Assembly (NCBI GenBank): GCA_004431415.1
Contig: QPMI01000672.1
Span: 1-64,000, forward strand
From: Cyanophora paradoxa CCMP329
Lineage: Eukaryota; Plantae; Glaucophyta
Direction of reading: 5' to 3'
Length of the DNA stretch: 64,000 bases
Shown here: piece after piece, positions 59,517 to 64,000 of the stretch
Position numbering within the stretch: position 1 is the first letter of the stretch
How the letters are laid out: the number at the start of each line of letters is the position of its first letter
Program-made: the position numbers and the translations under genes
Notes under the pieces: generated by a model
What the model was told of the DNA's origin: nothing
The model's input: the letters and a program-made list of their open reading frames with translations, nothing else
Databases searched by the model: none

Positions 59517-62500
59517 ATGCCGCCCAAAGCGGCCGCAAAGCCCGCGACGGGCATGCTGAGCATCAGCAGCTACTTTACAAAGAAGCCAGCGGCACCGTCG
59601 GACGCGACGAAGGCACCGCAGGCGGCACCGGCGTCCGCGAGCCCAGCCAAGCCGGCGGCGTCGCTCATCTCGCCCCCGCCACCGCGGAAGGCAGAACCGT
59701 CTTCTGCAACTTCCTCTGCCACCTCGAGCGGCGCGCGCGAGCGCCCCGCGAAGACGGTAAGGCCACAGTGAATTCGAATTTGGCGCGCTCGGGGTGACCG
59801 GGTGCCTTCGATCGGCAGCTCCCGCGCACGTCGGAACCCGCGCCCGAACCAAAGCAGAAGGCGCAGCCGAAGCGCGCGAAGGCGGATGAGGACGACGAGG
59901 AGGATGACGGGATGCTGGCGCCCCGACGGAAGCGGCTCGTGAAGCGGGCGGTGGTCGACAGCGACGAGGAGGCCGATGCGGGGGAGGAGGACGTGACGCC
60001 GGCGAAGCGGCTGCGCAACGAGGAGCCGGCGGCCGGAGCGGGGAAGGCGTCGCCCGCGGACGCGGCGGTCTCGCCGGCGCGCGCCAAGGCGGACCCGATG
60101 GAGGTGGACCTGACCGCGAGCAGTGCGCGAGCGGCCGGCGCGCGCGCGCGCGAGTCTCTCGGGCCGCCGCCGACGCCGCGCAGGCCCCGAGGACGCCTCC
60201 CCCAGCGACGGCCCGGCGGGCAAGGCGAAGCGGCGGCCGGCGCGCGCCAAGGGCAAGGGCAAGGAGCCGCAGCGCGGCGGCGGCGAGTCGAGCGGCAGCG
60301 AGGACGGCGGGGAGGAGGCGAATGCGGAGGAGGGCGGGGGCGCGGCGGGCCCGTCGGGAGGGGCGGCGGAGGAGGGGCAGTTCAAGCCCGACCTCGCGAA
60401 GCGCTCTCGCTTCAAGAAGATCCTCGGGCCGGGCAAGGCCGCCGGCGCGGCGCGCGCCGCTGCGGCGGCGGAGGGCTCGGAGGGGGCGCCGCGGGCGCGC
60501 GGCGTGGCGCTGAGCGGGGAGCGCTACACCGACATCCTGGCGCGGGCGCGCGAGAAGAAGAGCGGCTACACGCCCCTCGTGCGCACGCCGGCCCGCGGGC
60601 CTGCCCCCCGCCGGCGGCCGGCGGCGCGGGCCGACGGGCGTCGCCTTGGCCGCGCAGGAGGTGCAGTGGCTGGAGGTGAAGGCGGCGCACCCGGACACGG
60701 TGCTCTTCCTCGAGTGCGGCTACAAGTTCAAGTTCCTGGACCGGGACGCGGAGGTGGCGGCGCGCGTCCTCTCGATCTTCGCCTCGCACGACAAGCACTT
60801 CAGGACGGCCAGCATCCCCGTGCACCGCCTCACCGTCCACGCCCGGCGCCTCGTCGAGGCCGGCTACAAGGTCGGCGTCATCCGCCAGATGGAGACCGCC
60901 GCCCTCAAGAAGGCCGGCGAGAACAAGTGCGGCGCCCCCTCCCGCCCCGCCCGCCCGCCCGCCCTCCCGTGACGCGCGGGGCGGGCAGGTCCGGCGTCTT
61001 CCAGCGCGAGCTCGCCGCCCTGTACACCAAGGGCACCCTCATCGGCGACGGTCCGCCGCCCGCCGCCCGCCCTCGCGTCGCCCCGCCGCGGTTGCGATGG
61101 CGGGCGGGGCAGGGCTGGACCCGCTGAGCAGCGGGAGCGGGGCGGAGGGCGGGGCGGGGCTGGCGCGCTACATCGTCTGCTGCTGCGAGGAGCGGGCCTC
61201 GACCGTGCAGAGCGCGCTCGAGGAGCAGGAGAAGGTCGTCATCTGCCTCGTCGTGCGGCCCGGGCCCGCCCCGCCCGCCCCGCCCCGCCCGCCCTCGGGG
61301 CGCCGATGCCCGCGCAGGCGGTCGACGCCGGCACGGGCGACGTCGTCTTCGACCGGTGCGGCCGGCGGGCGCGGCGCCGGCAGCCCTCCGGCCGACGCGG
61401 GGGGGGCCGGGTGCAGGTTCCAGGACGGGATGCTGCGGGGGGAGCTGGAGACGCGGCTGCGGTACCTGCAGCCGGTGGAGGTGGTGGTGCCGGAGCGGGG
61501 CCAGCTCTCCTCCCACACCGAGAAGCTCCTCCGCCTCGCCGGCGCCTTCGAGGAGGACGGCGAGCCGCCCGCCGGCGGCGTCCGCCTCGAGCGGTACCCC
61601 TCCGCCGACTTCGCGTACGCCGCCGCCGTCGAGCGCCTCTCCGCACTCTTCGCCGCGCCCCAGTGCGCCGCGCCGCGCCCCGCCCCGCCGCTCCGGGCCC
61701 GGCGCCGCCGACGGGCGGGGGCGCAGGGAGGGGCGGGAGAAGGGGAAGGGGGCGGCGCTGGAGCTGCAGGAGGCGCTGCAGATGCCGCAGGGCTGCGTGC
61801 GCTGCGTGGGCGTCCTGGCGCGCCACCTCGCCGCCTTCGGCCTCTCCGACGTCCTCCGCCTCCCCGCCTCCCCGGCGGCCGCCCCGGGGGCCGCCCCGGG
61901 GGCCCCCTTCCGCCACTTCTCCAGCCGCACCTCCATGCTCCTCTCCGCCTCCGCCCTCGCCAACCTCGAGGCCCGCCCCCGCACGCCCCCGCCCCCCGCC
62001 GGCCATGACGCCCCGCGTCCCGCAGATCCTGCGCAACTCGACGGACGGGTCGGAGCGGGGCTCGCTCGCGGCGCTGCTGGCGTCGCAGCGGGGCGGGCCG
62101 CAGACGGCGTTCGGGGCGCGGCAGCTGCGCGCGTGGGTGACGCGGCCGCTGCTGCAGCGGGGCGAGATCGTGGCGCGGCAGGAGGCGGTCCAGGAGCTCC
62201 TCGAGGGGGCCCTCGCGCCGCTCCTCGAGGCGCTGCGCAACCTGCCCGACCTCGAGCGCGGCCTCGCCCGCATCGCCTACCGCAAGATCGTCCCCTCCGA
62301 GTTCTCCACCCTCATGAACGCCTTCCTCCGGTGCCCCCGCGAGGCAGCGCCCCGCCGTGCGCGAGGGCGCATGACCGACGGGCCGGCGGCGCAGGCTGGC
62401 GCGGGCGGCGCCGGAGGGCCCGGAGCCGGCGTCGGCGCTGCTGCGGGAGTGGGCGGACGGGGAGATGCTGCGGGCGGCGGGGCGGGCGGCGGAGGAGGCG

Positions 62501-64000
62501 CTGGGGCGGCTGGACGCGCGGGCCGCCTCGAAGAACGAGAAGGAGGCGCTCTTCGGGCCCTCGCTGGAGGAGTGGCCCGAGGTCGCCGCCGCCGTCGCCG
62601 AGATCGCGGAGACGGAGGAGGAGCTCGCCGCCGAGCTGCAGGCCATCCGCAAGAAGCTCCAGCGCTCCGACCTTGAGTGGACCAAGGTCAACGGCGAGGA
62701 GGTGCCCCGCCCCCCGCTCCCCGCGCGCTCCTCCCGCCGCCCCCGACGCGCCCCGCGGCAGTACACCATCGAGCTGGGGAAGAGCGAGCCGGCCGTGGGC
62801 CGCGCCGAGCGCGCCGGCTACCAGACCGTCGTCACGTGCGCCGCCCGCCGCCTCGCCTCGCGCGCCCGGCCCGGCCCGAGCGGGGCGGGCGCAGGCTGGC
62901 GAAGGTCTCGCGGTTCCGGTCGCCGCTGGTGGCGAACGAGCTGCTGCCGCGGATGCAGCGCGCACGCGAGGGGCTTCAGATCGCCGCGGAGCGCGCATGG
63001 GCGCAGTTCCTGACGGGGCTCGCGGAGGGCCCCGCCTTCCCCGCCCTCCGCGCCCTCGTCCGCAACGCCGCGCACCTCGACGCCGCCGCCGCCCTCGCCG
63101 CCTGCGCCCGCCTGCCGGGCTACGTGCGGCCGAGCATCGCGGACCCGGCCGGGGGGCAGCAGCTGGTGGTGCGGGGCGGGCGGCACCCGATGGTGGAGGC
63201 GGCGATGGCCGGCGCCGCGTACGTCCCCAACGACGTCGAGCTCCGCGCCGACGGGCCCCGCTGCCTCATCCTCACCGGGCCCAACGTCCGCCCGCACCCA
63301 CCCCGCCCCCTCCCCCGCCCCCTCTCACCCCGCCCCGCCCCAGATGGGCGGCAAGTCCTCGTACATCCGGCAGACGGCGCTGCTGGTGGTGCTGGCGCAG
63401 ATCGGGGCCTGGGTCCCCGCCGACGAGTGCACCCTCACGCCCTTCGACGCCGTGCACACCCGCATGGGCGCCTCCGACGACATCGGCAAGGGGTCCGCTG
63501 CCCCCCCGCCTCCCCCCTGCAACGCCCGCTGAGGCGTGGGGCAGGCTCTCGACGTTCATGGTGGAGCTGCAGGAGGCGAGCGCCATCCTGCGGGCCGCCA
63601 CCCGCCGCTCCCTCGTCATCCTCGACGAGGCCCGCCCGCCGCCCGCGCCCCGGGTCGGGGGGGAGGCCTCTGACGGCCCCGCGCAGCTGGGGCGGGGGAC
63701 GTCGACGCACGACGGGACGGCGATCGCGTTCGCGACGCTGCGGCACCTCGTCGCCTCGGTGCAGTGCGCGACGCTCTTCGTCACGCACTACCCGCTCGTC
63801 GGGGCCCTCGAGCGCGAGCTCCCCGGCCGCGTCCTCAACGCCCACATGGCCTTCCTCGAGGCGCCCGCCCCCGCCCCCCCCCCCCCCCCCCCCCCCCCCC
63901 CCCTGCCCGCCCGCCCCGTCCCCGCCGCCCCTCACGCGCCGGCCCCCGCAGCACGACGAGGACGAGGGGACGGGCAGCAGAAGCAGGCGGGCCTCAAGCG
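59517..64000 (+). CDS. MSH3: DNA mismatch repair protein MSH3 (about 16 introns in the window; runs off the 3' edge)
   Basis: PIP-like LSISSYF; YTPLEVQ; ECGYKFKF; ASIPVHRL; GYKVGV.RQ.ETAALK; [14 protein letters not shown]; STFMVEL; [14 protein letters not shown]; LFVTHYP. Confidence 0.95.

Overview
Eukaryotic nuclear DNA from a very GC-rich, intron-dense genome. Host introns are about 55-90 nt and GC-rich, and an intronless plant-like tRNA-Ile suggests an alga or protist (inference only). Scattered 1-bp indels in G/C homopolymers look like long-read errors. From left to right: (1) 1-5417, the right part of a CACTA/CMC-like DNA transposon with a decayed transposase, a 101-bp satellite, TTTACC subterminal repeats and a CAGTG end. 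(2) 5418-25735 (-), a giant secreted-type gene built from about 17 near-identical 858-bp units. Each unit has two Ig/FN3-like exons and two phase-1 introns, and the array is interrupted by an RNase H-bearing LINE fragment. (3) 27554-33639 (-), a Ngaro/PAT-type tyrosine-recombinase retrotransposon with intact A1..B1-A2-B2 split direct repeats. (4) 34481-50257, a nested set of elements. A non-coding AT-rich Helitron-like element contains two further copies of its own family and carries a truncated LINE, into which a full-length LINE of the same family has inserted antisense. The empty site of each inner layer is visible in the window. (5) Host genes: two CEP164-N-like WW genes, a tRNA-Ile(UAU) with a mismatched acceptor stem, and MSH3, with frequent GC-AG introns.
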